From an uncultured Oligoflexus sp. (lineage in GTDB: Bacteria > Bdellovibrionota_B > Oligoflexia > Oligoflexales > Oligoflexaceae): a stretch of DNA of 34,127 nt. Location of the stretch: the NCBI GenBank assembly GCA_964236955.1, contig CAXSGP010000049.1, forward strand, positions 1-34,127, written 5' to 3'. Positions 10,229 through 19,279 of the stretch are shown here, in pieces (within the stretch, counting starts at the first letter, position 1; the number at the start of each line of letters is the position of its first letter). Both the position numbers and the translations under genes were made by a program. A model generated the notes under the pieces. It had not been told where the DNA came from, ran no database searches, and saw nothing but the letters and a program-made list of their open reading frames with translations.

Positions 10229-11173
10229 CTATTGAATGCTGAGGATAAAGCGGCTGGGATCCACGTTCAATCCGTTCAGCAAAACTTCATAGTGCAGGTG
10301 CGGGCCGGTCGTACGACCGGTCATCCCAACTGTACCGATCTGCTCACCACGCGTGACCCGCTGCCCGGGCTCGACCAGATTTTCCGCGTTATGGCCAAAA
10401 CGCGAGATGACCCCGTAGCCATGCGCGATCATAATGAAATTGCCAAAACCATCTTTTTTGCCGGCAAAAATCACAACACCATCGGCGGGAGCATAAAAGG
10501 GGCTGCCGATGGGCGCGGCGATATCAAGGCCCATATGCACATCGCGCTCTTTGGTAAAGGGCGACTCGCGTGAGCCAAAGCCCGAGGTGACCCAGCCATC
10601 GACCGGCGCGATGGAGGGCACGGAAGCGAGCAGGGATTTTTGCTGACTGAGGGTGGACAGCAGCTTTTGCAGACGCAGCGCATTTTGATTGGCATTGATG
10701 CCGACCTGCTTCATGTTTTCAAATGCCGTGCGAAAGACCAAACGATCCGGGTCGATACCGACCGGAATATGCTGCTGATCCTCCATCGCCACCAATTCTT
10801 TTTTTGCGTGCTGATATTCCTGGGGCGAGAGGGGGCCGATGCCGGTATGAATACTGAAACGTTTGACCTTGATTTGCGTGAGTTCACCCAGTTTTTCGCT
10901 ATAGTCCTGAACGCGTTTGAGACTGCGCTTCACCTCTTCAAGATTGGAAAGGAGAAGATTCGCCTCGCCGCGTAGCCCTTGATTTTCAGTCGCAATCGTT
11001 TGATAGCTGCTGCGCAGGTCGCGGAGCTGCAGATAGTCGTAGACAAGGTAGCCGAGCAGCAGCGAGGCGCAGGCTGTGCCGCCGATAAAGCCGCGAACCG
11101 CCCAGTGCGAAATCTTAAACTGCTTGGATTGACGGGCGTTCTCGGGAATGAGGACTATCGTGATTTTTTGCAT
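10229..11173 (-). CDS. M23 family metallopeptidase with N-terminal TM helix and coiled coil
   Basis: HMGLD, FGH and TGRTTGPHLHYEV zinc motifs; AAGGAG SD before ATG 11173; usual position upstream of secA. Confidence 0.93.
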   Translation of the reverse strand: MQKITIVLIPENARQSKQFKISHWAVRGFIGGTACASLLLGYLVYDYLQLRDLRSSYQTIATENQGLRGEANLLLSNLEEVKRSLKRVQDYSEKLGELTQIKVKRFSIHTGIGPLSPQEYQHAKKELVAMEDQQHIPVGIDPDRLVFRTAFENMKQVGINANQNALRLQKLLSTLSQQKSLLASVPSIAPVDGWVTSGFGSRESPFTKERDVHMGLDIAAPIGSPFYAPADGVVIFAGKKDGFGNFIMIAHGYGVISRFGHNAENLVEPGQRVTRGEQIGTVGMTGRTTGPHLHYEVLLNGLNVDPSRFILSIQ

Positions 11174-11343
11174 AAAATCTCCTTTTGGTGTCCAACGGGG
11201 TGACACCACTAGAGTCGCTCACTAGCCGGCTATGCTAGATGCTTTGTGAAAAGTCCGTGGGGCCTGGTTTCGCTGTCTCGCCGCTAACTCTTATTTTATC
11301 CTGTCCCTCGGGCTTTTGGCCCTGTGTCTGCGAAGAGACAGAG

Positions 11344-12102
11344 TCAAGGTGCCTTCACTTCAATGACGACCAGCGTGATGTTGTCCTCGCCGCCGCGATC
11401 GTTGGCCAGATCAAGCAGTTCTTTGACCGCTCCGAGGCCCTTTTCGGTGGTGATTTTGGAGATTTCTCCATCGCCTATTTTACCGTGCAAACCGTCGCTG
11501 CAAAGCAAAAGAAAATCACCAACTTCAAGGCGCGTGCAGAGCGTATCGACGTCTTCCTCCTCTTGATAGCCGACGCTGCGCGTGATGACGTTTTTTAGGT
11601 GATGAACCTCGGCTTCTTCCGGCGTGAGGATACCGGCGCGCACCTGCTCATTGACCAGAGAATGATCAAAACTCTGCTGGTAAATAAGGCCTTTTCTGAC
11701 GAGATAAAAACGACTATCACCGACGTGAGCACAATACGCGTAGGCATCGACTATTTTAATAACAGTCGCCGTCGTTCCCATACCGCGAAGTGAGGGATCT
11801 TCCAGCGAATGCTCATAGATTTTTGCGGAAGCATGATTGATGGCATTGGCCAGTCCATTGAGGAGGACAGGATCGGGGTGGTTCTTTGGCGAATGGTCCA
11901 GGAGTGCCAGGAATTTGGTGCGGACTTCCGAGTCGACCTGTTCGATGCAGATGCGACTGGCGATCTCGCCACCGGCGTGACCGCCCATTCCATCGGCAAC
12001 AATGAATAACCCCAGCTCATTGTCAACGAGCATAGAATCTTGATTAGTGGCGCGCACGCGGCCAATATCAGTGAGTCCTATGGCGTGGACCTTTACAAGC
12101 AT
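11344..12102 (-). CDS. PP2C/PPM family Ser/Thr phosphatase (Stp1/PrpC-like)
   Basis: TDIGRVRATNQD, VADGMGGHAGGE, GMGTT, HVGDSR, LLCSDGL and GGEDNIT; AGGAG SD. Confidence 0.96.
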   Translation of the reverse strand: MLVKVHAIGLTDIGRVRATNQDSMLVDNELGLFIVADGMGGHAGGEIASRICIEQVDSEVRTKFLALLDHSPKNHPDPVLLNGLANAINHASAKIYEHSLEDPSLRGMGTTATVIKIVDAYAYCAHVGDSRFYLVRKGLIYQQSFDHSLVNEQVRAGILTPEEAEVHHLKNVITRSVGYQEEEDVDTLCTRLEVGDFLLLCSDGLHGKIGDGEISKITTEKGLGAVKELLDLANDRGGEDNITLVVIEVKAP

Positions 12103-12142
12103 GAGGCTCCTCTAGCGTTAAAATCTGAACGTCTAAAGTCAG

Positions 12143-12169
12143 GTTTCGGTAAAATTCCATAGAAGTTGA
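12143..12169 (-). promoter_or_regulatory. Putative sigma28 (FliA) promoter for the PP2C gene
   Basis: Minus strand TCAACTTC-N11-ACCGAAAC versus consensus TAAAGTTT-N11-GCCGATAA; 40 nt upstream of the ATG. Confidence 0.45.
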
Positions 12170-12234
12170 GTAAGGGCTTTCAGCTACTTAAGAGATGCGT
12201 GTGAGAAAAGTCTTGGGAGGTGACATAAGCATTC

Positions 12235-12273
12235 AAAAATTTCCCTCGTATTACCAGCCTTAGCAAACGAGGG
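12235..12273 (-). terminator. Hairpin, probable terminator downstream of icd
   Basis: Minus strand CCCTCGT-TTGCTA-AGGC-TGGTAA-T-ACGAGGG followed by AAATTTTT. Confidence 0.45.
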
Positions 12274-12285
12274 TGGGCGGCGTCC

Positions 12286-13284
12286 CTATCTGAGTTTAGC
12301 GATAACGGCGGCGGTAAATTCTTTGGTTCCCAGCGGGCCACCCAGATCTTTGGTGCGTTCACTGGCTGTGGCAAGAGTCGCGCTTACCGCATTGCGAACG
12401 CGCTGGCCGACTTCCAGTTCGCCCATATAATCCAGCATCGACGCCGAACTGAGCAGGAGTGCGGTGGGATTGGCGAGGTTTTTGCCTTGAATATCAGGAG
12501 CCGAACCATGCACCGCCTCAAATATCGCACAGCGCTCGCCGATGTTAGCACCCGACGCCACCCCGAGGCCCCCGATCAGACCCGCGCCGATATCGGAGAG
12601 GATGTCGCCATAGAGGTTTTCGGTGACAATGATATCAAACTGCTGAGGCTTGGTGACGAATTGCATGCCGCAGTTGTCAATGATCATGTCGTCGATGGCG
12701 ATCGAGGGATAATCGGCCGAAACTTTGCGAACCGATTCAAGGAAAAGCCCGTCGGTATACTTCATGATGTTGGCTTTATGAACGACGGTGACCTTTTTGC
12801 GACCCAGCTTTATCGCTAGATCAAAGGCATGCCGACCAATACGTTCGGAGGCTTCCGCAGTGATAAGTTTGATGCCCTGGGCCACACCCGGGGAGATCAT
12901 GTATTCGATGCCTTTATAGAGATCTTCGGTGTTCTCGCGGACGATGATAAAATCGATGCCTTCAAAAAGGGAGGGTAGGCCCTTAAAGTTTTTAATCGGT
13001 CGCACACTGGCATAAAGATTAAAGAGCTGCCGCATCTGAACGTTGATCGAGCGATGGCCGCCCCCCACTGGCGTGGTGGTTGGGCCTTTAAGGCCAACGC
13101 CGCTGCGATTGATGCTATCGATAAAAGCCTGGGGCATAAGGGTGCCGGTGCGTTCGAACGCGTTAAGGCCACAGTCCGCTTCCTCCCAGAGGATGGGGGC
13201 ATTGGCGGCTTTAAATACAGCTTTTACGCTTTCAGAGATTTCGGGACCAATCCCATCACCGGGAACTAGGGTTACAGTTTTCAT
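12286..13284 (-). CDS. icd: Isocitrate dehydrogenase, probably NAD+-dependent (isocitrate/isopropylmalate dehydrogenase family)
   Basis: [25 protein letters not shown] (S-x-N-x-x-x-R isocitrate motif), [17 protein letters not shown] and HGSAPDI (Asp-Ile suggests NAD). Start at ATG 13284 after AGAGGA. Confidence 0.85.
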   Translation of the reverse strand: MKTVTLVPGDGIGPEISESVKAVFKAANAPILWEEADCGLNAFERTGTLMPQAFIDSINRSGVGLKGPTTTPVGGGHRSINVQMRQLFNLYASVRPIKNFKGLPSLFEGIDFIIVRENTEDLYKGIEYMISPGVAQGIKLITAEASERIGRHAFDLAIKLGRKKVTVVHKANIMKYTDGLFLESVRKVSADYPSIAIDDMIIDNCGMQFVTKPQQFDIIVTENLYGDILSDIGAGLIGGLGVASGANIGERCAIFEAVHGSAPDIQGKNLANPTALLLSSASMLDYMGELEVGQRVRNAVSATLATASERTKDLGGPLGTKEFTAAVIAKLR

Positions 13285-13433
13285 ATGAGATCCTCTGGGT
13301 GTGGACGGCCCGCTCGGGCGTTCCGACCAGTAAACAAATAATACTGTGGCCAGCATAAATCCTGTCAAATCAACTGGCTAAGACTCAGACAGGCATGCCG
13401 GCAAGCTGCGTGGCGATTTTTATGGTCCCAAAG

Positions 13434-13988
13434 CTATGGGGTTTTCAAGACATATTTTTGGCTCATAAGTATCGTAAGATTTGCCAGGGCATTGTGCAGC
13501 TCGCCCCTTTCTATCATGGCATCGAGCCGGACCACAGGGACCGTCAGCACTTCGATCTCTTCCGTTGCGTCAGGAAAGTGCTTGCGCTCTGTCGCTAGGA
13601 CACAATCCTCCGCCAAAAACATGTAAAGTGAGTTCGCCATGATCGCCGGATTGGGATTGATTGCTCCGACATAGCGCAGACGGCCAGCTACGTAGCCGGT
13701 CTCCTCTTCCAATTCACGAAGAGCCGCCTGGCGCGGCTCTTCCCCGACATCGATGCCACCGCCAGGAATTTCCAGGGTCTCGATCATCGCCCCTGCACGC
13801 GGCTGGCGAATCAGTATCGCCTCGCCCTCTTTGGTGATGGCAAAGATATTGACCCAGGATAGACAGCGCAGCCGGTAGTAGGGGTGAGGCAAAGCCTGGC
13901 CCGTCGAGACACGGCTGATGTGCAATTCTTCCACAGCAAAGGGTTTGCTGGCCAGCAGGGTTTTTTTATCGTCGAGGCGCCAGTCCAT
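13434..13988 (-). CDS. Nudix hydrolase (ADP-ribose pyrophosphatase/RppH-like)
   Basis: Nudix box GGIDVGEEPRQAALRELEEETGY; the start overlaps the 3' end of rnj by 23 nt. Confidence 0.93.
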   Translation of the reverse strand: MDWRLDDKKTLLASKPFAVEELHISRVSTGQALPHPYYRLRCLSWVNIFAITKEGEAILIRQPRAGAMIETLEIPGGGIDVGEEPRQAALRELEEETGYVAGRLRYVGAINPNPAIMANSLYMFLAEDCVLATERKHFPDATEEIEVLTVPVVRLDAMIERGELHNALANLTILMSQKYVLKTP

Positions 13989-15678
13989 GAGTTTGCTCGC
14001 CTATGATCGTCACCTTGCTGATGACGACTGGTTTTTTGATAAAGCGATCCGCTAGAGTCCGCCGCACCGTCAGCCGCGATCGTTCGTTGAAAGCTTCAAA
14101 CGAAAAGTCATGGCTTGATCGTAGATTGCGCACGAGCCCACGCAGCTCATTTTGCAAGCGGCCTTTGATCTGCTCGGCATCGTCATCACTGTCAAAGGGG
14201 AGGCCGACAAAATCAATTTCTATCTTCAGATTATCCTGCTGAATGTAGCCGCTGACAATAGCCAGGCCGGAATCGCCGATTTTATGGCGTTCTCGCATCG
14301 TATCGTAGGTCATCGGGCGCCGCGACCACGAGTCGATAAAGAGCAGATTGAGATCGTGATGGGCAATGATTTCCACCCCGTCCTTATTCATGGCCGTGAT
14401 CTGCCCGTTGGCGACGTCGATCGTTGGCTTGACGCTAAGGTTGGCATTGGCATCGAGCTGCATAAAGGTGCCGTGGACGGGAATGGTATAGCGAGCCTGG
14501 AGGGCTTCCATCACTGATTTTAAATCTTCGCTATAAGCATGACCGCTGACGTGGATGCCAGGAAATTCCTTGGCTGTGATCGTCGCGATGCCCTTAAAGG
14601 CACACATACTCATCAGCTTGGCAAGGGGCTTTTCGTTGCCGGGGATGACCCGCGACGAGAAGATGACCTGATCGCCTTCTTTTGCTGACATAAAAGCCAC
14701 CTCATCAAAGACGATGCGCTTGAGGCCGGACTTGTATTCGCCCTGGCAGCCTGAGCAGAGAATGATCAGCTCCTTGCGCTCGACCCTGCGGCTGCCGTCT
14801 TCGTCGACCAGACAGGAGACCTCTTCGCCCAGCAGCTTCAGACGGATGGCGATTTCAAGGCTGCGGCGCATGCCGGCGCCAAACACGAGCACCTTTTTCT
14901 TAAGCTCACAGGCGATCAAAAGCACGGTTTGAAGGCGCCAGAGATTCGAGGAAAAGGTAGTCACAAAGCTTACGCCCTGGGCGCGCGCCAAGACTTCCGT
15001 AAGCGCGGGACGGACGATATTCTCACTCGGGCAATGACCATCGGCGCTGGCATTGGTACTGTCGGAGACGATAGCCAGAATCGGCGCTTTGGCGGATAAA
15101 GCCTTGAGGCCCTCAAGGTTAAGGCTGGCCTCGTAAGGGGTAAAGCCGTTGAGCTTAAAGTCACCGGTGTGAAAGACGCGGTGCTCGCCCCCCTCAAGCA
15201 AAAGGCTGCAGCAAAAGGGAATCGAATGCGGCACATGGACCCAATGGACCTTCATTTCGGGTAGATGAATCGTCGCACCCGCACGGACTTCATGGAAGCT
15301 GTAGACCTTGTTGTTCTTGAGCTGCAGTAGCTTTTCTTTAACCAGCTCCAAGGCCCATGGGCCGATATAGACCGGGGCTGGCCAACGCTCGAGAAAATAA
15401 GGCAGGGCTCCGATGTGATCTTCGTGACCGTGCGTTATGAGATAGGCCGTAGGGGGCCCACCCAATATACCCTCGAGCTGGGAAATGTCGGGGATCCGGG
15501 CATCGACGCCGATCTCATAGGTCTCGGCGAAGGAAAGGCCACAGTCGACTACGTAAGTTTGGCCTTTGTGGGCGTAGATCGTCAGGTTCATACCGAATTC
15601 GCCACAGCCACCGACTGTGAACATATAAATGCGATTTGGGTCACGTTCTGAAAGCTTTGACAACGATTGAAAAGTCAT
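13966..15678 (-). CDS. rnj: Ribonuclease J
   Basis: GGCGEFGMN, THGHEDHIGAL, HSIP, HTGDFK, SDSTNA, IPGNE, HVSGHA and PVHG. Confidence 0.93.
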   Translation of the reverse strand: MTFQSLSKLSERDPNRIYMFTVGGCGEFGMNLTIYAHKGQTYVVDCGLSFAETYEIGVDARIPDISQLEGILGGPPTAYLITHGHEDHIGALPYFLERWPAPVYIGPWALELVKEKLLQLKNNKVYSFHEVRAGATIHLPEMKVHWVHVPHSIPFCCSLLLEGGEHRVFHTGDFKLNGFTPYEASLNLEGLKALSAKAPILAIVSDSTNASADGHCPSENIVRPALTEVLARAQGVSFVTTFSSNLWRLQTVLLIACELKKKVLVFGAGMRRSLEIAIRLKLLGEEVSCLVDEDGSRRVERKELIILCSGCQGEYKSGLKRIVFDEVAFMSAKEGDQVIFSSRVIPGNEKPLAKLMSMCAFKGIATITAKEFPGIHVSGHAYSEDLKSVMEALQARYTIPVHGTFMQLDANANLSVKPTIDVANGQITAMNKDGVEIIAHHDLNLLFIDSWSRRPMTYDTMRERHKIGDSGLAIVSGYIQQDNLKIEIDFVGLPFDSDDDAEQIKGRLQNELRGLVRNLRSSHDFSFEAFNERSRLTVRRTLADRFIKKPVVISKVTIIGEQTHGLAPRR

Positions 15679-15736
15679 TTTCTTTTGAACACCGATCTAA
15701 AGCCAGGCGTTTATTTTGAAACAACGCTTTTAGCTT

Positions 15737-17371
15737 TTATCCTTTTGAGGGTTTAAAGTAAAAAGGAAAGCTGATCTGAATACTGCCTTTTTGCGGTTTG
15801 GGCCAGTTCCATCGGCTCAATTTTTCGCGAATGCAGGACATCATCTTTCCATCGGAAATATTGGATTCGACTAGTTCCATTTCAGAAATCTGACCCTGCG
15901 TGTCGAGATGCCATCTCCACTCCACAAGGCCCTGCGCTTCCTGATTGCGCCTCAGGGCCAGTTCATAACAGAGCTGCAGTTCAAAGCGTGAGCGTTCGAT
16001 GGTCTTTTGAATGAGACGCGGATCGAGGCTCCCTATCATCGGCTCTTTAATCTTTTTCGGCTTGGTAGGATCAAAGAGAGAGGCAATAATGCCATCAATT
16101 TTGCGATTTATCTCGTTAAACTGACGGCCGCTGATGCGGAGCGTAATGTCACTGTCTGCCGCGAGTGTTATAGGGCGACTTTGTTCCGGAAGCAATGGGC
16201 TAAACGACGAGCGAAGCTTTTTTATCTCAGCTCGCTCCCGCTCGGCCTTGGCCGCCAGACTTTCCGCATCGCTATACATCGCCGTCTCATCAAAGCTGGA
16301 TTGGTAGGGCGCGATAGCCTTTCCGCTATCCTTCTCAATGTTTTTGTATTCCTTGAAATCGTAACCGGGATCCTGTGCGAATTCAGCCGTGGTCCGTTCG
16401 CGTAGTTTTCGGACAAAGGCCGTACTCGCATACCACTTCTCCATCGATTTTTGGACCCGGAGGAGCTTGCTGTTGAGGGCCTCGCCTTCGATCACGGGCA
16501 CGATGATAAGACCATTGCGTGCATCGGCGAGCTGCTGATCCTCACGACTGGAGCGGATCGCCCGTGCAGCTTTTGCCTTGACGGCATCATCGTCGCGCCG
16601 CTGCGCATAAATTTCCATCGCCGAATTGAGTATAGGCGATTTCAGATCGCTTCGCTCCGGACTAAGATCCAAGGCCACACTTACGAAATCCTCGGTAAAG
16701 GCCACCGCAGAGATAATCATGCGTTTGCGGTCATAGTCGGCCTGTTGGCTTTCGGGCCCCTGCGACAGGTGGAGGGGATGGATAAAGGGTAGCGTATATT
16801 CATCAGGCAATTCGATGAAATTCTTTGGTCTATCGTCGGGCCGCAGTTTTAAGCCGTAGATAAATCCGCCCATCAGGATGCCGCCGCTGACGAGGCCTAC
16901 CCAAAGCCCTGTGAATTCGCGTCCCCACCAAAACTCCAGCACCGAGCCGCGATACTCCCGCGTATGCCGTACCGCAGCCTTTTGCGAGGCATGCTCGCGG
17001 CCGATCCGGATCAGGATACGCAGATCGTTATAGGAAACACTGCCGAAGTCACCACGCTTCATGATGTGGGTGTAGGCGGCTTTCCGTTCGGAGCTGACGT
17101 TTTCTATCTTGCCGTCGCAGGTGGTGAAGCCTGACCACTGGGGGTCGAGATCGAGCTCAACGCCGCGGTCGGTGATTTTGAGCAAGGGAATGTCGCAGGG
17201 CAAGGGATAAAAAGGAGCCGTAAGTTCGCCGTTGGGGTTAGCCGTCAAAAAAATGACACCACGCCGGTGAAAGTATCGCGAGGTCTTCGAGAGAATTTCA
17301 CCATTTTGGTGAACCTCCACAAAAACGCGATCTGTCTCACGGGACAGCTTTCTCAAGGGAAAGCGTGGCAT
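15737..17371 (-). CDS. GltG/PglI-like bitopic protein: degenerate FHA-like N-domain, TM helix, helical periplasmic region, AgmX/PglI (TonB-C-like) C-terminal domain
   Basis: C-terminus IQKTIERSRFELQLCYELALRRNQEAQGLVEWRWHLDTQGQI...SCIREKLSRWNWPKPQKGSIQISFPFYF; TM GLWVGLVSGGILMGGFIYGL; last gene of a tolQ-exbD-exbD run. Confidence 0.8.
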   Translation of the reverse strand: MPRFPLRKLSRETDRVFVEVHQNGEILSKTSRYFHRRGVIFLTANPNGELTAPFYPLPCDIPLLKITDRGVELDLDPQWSGFTTCDGKIENVSSERKAAYTHIMKRGDFGSVSYNDLRILIRIGREHASQKAAVRHTREYRGSVLEFWWGREFTGLWVGLVSGGILMGGFIYGLKLRPDDRPKNFIELPDEYTLPFIHPLHLSQGPESQQADYDRKRMIISAVAFTEDFVSVALDLSPERSDLKSPILNSAMEIYAQRRDDDAVKAKAARAIRSSREDQQLADARNGLIIVPVIEGEALNSKLLRVQKSMEKWYASTAFVRKLRERTTAEFAQDPGYDFKEYKNIEKDSGKAIAPYQSSFDETAMYSDAESLAAKAERERAEIKKLRSSFSPLLPEQSRPITLAADSDITLRISGRQFNEINRKIDGIIASLFDPTKPKKIKEPMIGSLDPRLIQKTIERSRFELQLCYELALRRNQEAQGLVEWRWHLDTQGQISEMELVESNISDGKMMSCIREKLSRWNWPKPQKGSIQISFPFYFKPSKG

Positions 17372-17396
17372 GTTCAGACGATATCCTTTCTGGGGT

Positions 17397-17906
17397 CTAG
17401 TTGACGACTCGGGTTTCGAAACCGTAATTCGATATCTTGGCCTCGGCCAGGGCAAAGAGAATCGGCCTTATGTGAATGTATTTCAGCTTCTGATCGACCG
17501 CGAGCACGGCCCGCGTTCGGTTCTTTTCGACTTCGAGAGCGAGGCTCATTTTAAAAGCAGCTTCTTCCGTGCGCTTTCTCAAATAGTTGATGAAGGGTTT
17601 GAGGGCCTTCATATCTTTTGCACCCAGTGGCCACTCGAAGCGATTGTGGTCGTCGGTGACCAACACTAGATTATCATGGTCCTGATAAATACTGATCCAA
17701 ATACCGGGGGCACTGAGCGTCTCGGCGTTGTAGTGAACCACGTCGGCCCGCGTACCAAGTCGATAATTAAAGCCCGTAAGCAACTGCCCCCTGAGAACGA
17801 TGACCAGGCCAAAGGCAATCAGCGCTGGAAAGGGAAACCATAAAAGGGGCTCGGTCAGACGTTCGCGGGTTCTTTGCAGGATCGTGACCCAGACTTGGTT
17901 TCTCAT
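17397..17906 (-). CDS. ExbD/TolR-like protein (AglS-like), lacking the TM Asp
   Basis: N-terminal TM LLWFPFPALIAFGLVIVL; C-terminus AVLAVDQKLKYIHIRPILFALAEAKISNYGF resembles the ExbD AD-x-x-x-x-Y motif; ATGA overlap with the upstream gene. Confidence 0.7.
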   Translation of the reverse strand: MRNQVWVTILQRTRERLTEPLLWFPFPALIAFGLVIVLRGQLLTGFNYRLGTRADVVHYNAETLSAPGIWISIYQDHDNLVLVTDDHNRFEWPLGAKDMKALKPFINYLRKRTEEAAFKMSLALEVEKNRTRAVLAVDQKLKYIHIRPILFALAEAKISNYGFETRVVN

Positions 17907-18448
17907 AGAAGGCCACCACCAAGGATCACCTGATCAAAGAGGCCCGATTTCTTAAGGGCTGCGAAACATTGAATGACGATCGGCATCGGAATGTCCTCGG
18001 TCGGCACAAAAATAAGGGAGCGGCTGGCCTTGGCCTGGGTCTGCCATTTGCTGAGATCTTCGACCAGCTTTGGCAGGTTGGGGGCGCCATCCACATGGGG
18101 AATTTGATACTTATTATGCACCGCGCTCAGCTCTTTCCCAAACGCCGACAGCTTGCCAAAATAAAACTGTTTGCGCGTGAGGATAACGAGCGAAGCATCG
18201 CTGCCGATGCTTGATCGTGGTTCCGCCCACGTCTCGCTCTTATCGACAGCGCGATCATTACTGACGACGGGAAATTCACCCTCCACGATTCCAAAGGAGC
18301 CGGGCATGGAAATGCCGCGCAGCGCCGTCGAAAGAAAAGTCATCAGAAGCATCAACGCCAAGACGATGATGGGCAAATACCAGACGTTATTAGATAATCT
18401 CTTCTTCGTCCTTAATATCTTCGACTGAAGAATCGTCAAAGCTGTCAT
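17903..18448 (-). CDS. ExbD/TolR-like protein (AglQ-like), lacking the TM Asp
   Basis: TM VWYLPIIVLALMLLMTFLSTA; C-terminus LIFVPTEDIPMPIVIQCFAALKKSGLFDQVILGG is ExbD-like; GAGG SD 6 nt before ATG 18448. Confidence 0.7.
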   Translation of the reverse strand: MTALTILQSKILRTKKRLSNNVWYLPIIVLALMLLMTFLSTALRGISMPGSFGIVEGEFPVVSNDRAVDKSETWAEPRSSIGSDASLVILTRKQFYFGKLSAFGKELSAVHNKYQIPHVDGAPNLPKLVEDLSKWQTQAKASRSLIFVPTEDIPMPIVIQCFAALKKSGLFDQVILGGGLL

Positions 18449-19184
18449 CTTCAACCTCGATTTTATTGTCGGCACTCATTTCGCGATGAGGTTCAGGCGC
18501 AGGGGCTGCAGGCGGCGCCCCGTGGGAGGGCATAGCCATCATCGGTGCAAAGGTTGCCATCTCGGCGGGAGCCAAAAGATTGCTAAGCACCGAGACTCCA
18601 TAGTGAACGCGCTCGGTCAGCCGCAGCGCCAGTCCCCTCAGCACCTGGTGGCCCGTTAGAAAGATCATGCTCATCAAAAGGCCCATAGTTGTCGGATTCA
18701 AAGACGTCGCAATACCGTTCGAGAGGCGGACCTGCTTTTCTGCGGTATCGAGGATTTCGATGGAGTCAAAGGCTGCCCATAGGCCATCTATCGTGCCGAG
18801 GATTCCAGTTAAAAGAATAAGGGTGGAAAGGGCCGGCAGGATACCGATACGGGCTTCGATTTTGGGCAAAAAATCGATGCTCTCCTCTTCAATCGCACCG
18901 CGTACCGAGGCCGGATCCCGCTCCTTGGCTTCGAGGGCTTTGAGACTGATGGCGGGCAGCGAGGTGTGAGAGGCATTCTTACAGATACTCACGGCGCGTT
19001 CGATATCTTCGGCCTGCACGGAGCGACGGAGATTGTTAAGGAATTTTTTGAAATCCATCGAATAGACAACCTGCAGCATAAAAAGCCGCTCAAAAATTAT
19101 AACAGTCCCGATAAAGGCTAGGATTAGGATCAGACAGAGGTAGGAATTCCCACCCTGAAGGCTAATTGCGAGCTGGCTCCACAT
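18390..19184 (-). CDS. MotA/TolQ/ExbB proton channel family protein (AglR-like)
   Basis: TM1 ending IIFERL, TM2 LLTGILGTIDGLWAAF, TM3 LSNGIATSLNPTTMGL; AAAGGA SD before ATG 19184; extra Pro/Ala-rich then acidic C-terminal tail. Confidence 0.9.
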   Translation of the reverse strand: MWSQLAISLQGGNSYLCLILILAFIGTVIIFERLFMLQVVYSMDFKKFLNNLRRSVQAEDIERAVSICKNASHTSLPAISLKALEAKERDPASVRGAIEEESIDFLPKIEARIGILPALSTLILLTGILGTIDGLWAAFDSIEILDTAEKQVRLSNGIATSLNPTTMGLLMSMIFLTGHQVLRGLALRLTERVHYGVSVLSNLLAPAEMATFAPMMAMPSHGAPPAAPAPEPHREMSADNKIEVEDDSFDDSSVEDIKDEEEII

Positions 19185-19221
19185 ATCAAGGTCCTTTCGG
19201 CAAAACAAAAGGTTTGATTTT

Positions 19222-19230
19222 AGTATACCA
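19222..19230 (-). promoter_or_regulatory. Possible extended -10 (sigma70) promoter for the motor gene run
   Basis: Minus strand TGGTATACT (TGn-TATACT), 37 nt upstream of the tolQ-like ATG; no good -35 element. Confidence 0.35.
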
Positions 19231-19279
19231 ACTGCAGCCCACGTTTGGTATGGGCCGGCAAAGCGAGGGCTTGGTGCAA

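Noticed and set aside
19194..19222. GCCGAAAG upstream of the tolQ-like gene as a sigma28 -10 box
   Set aside because: There is no -35 element at the correct spacing and the box overlaps the SD.
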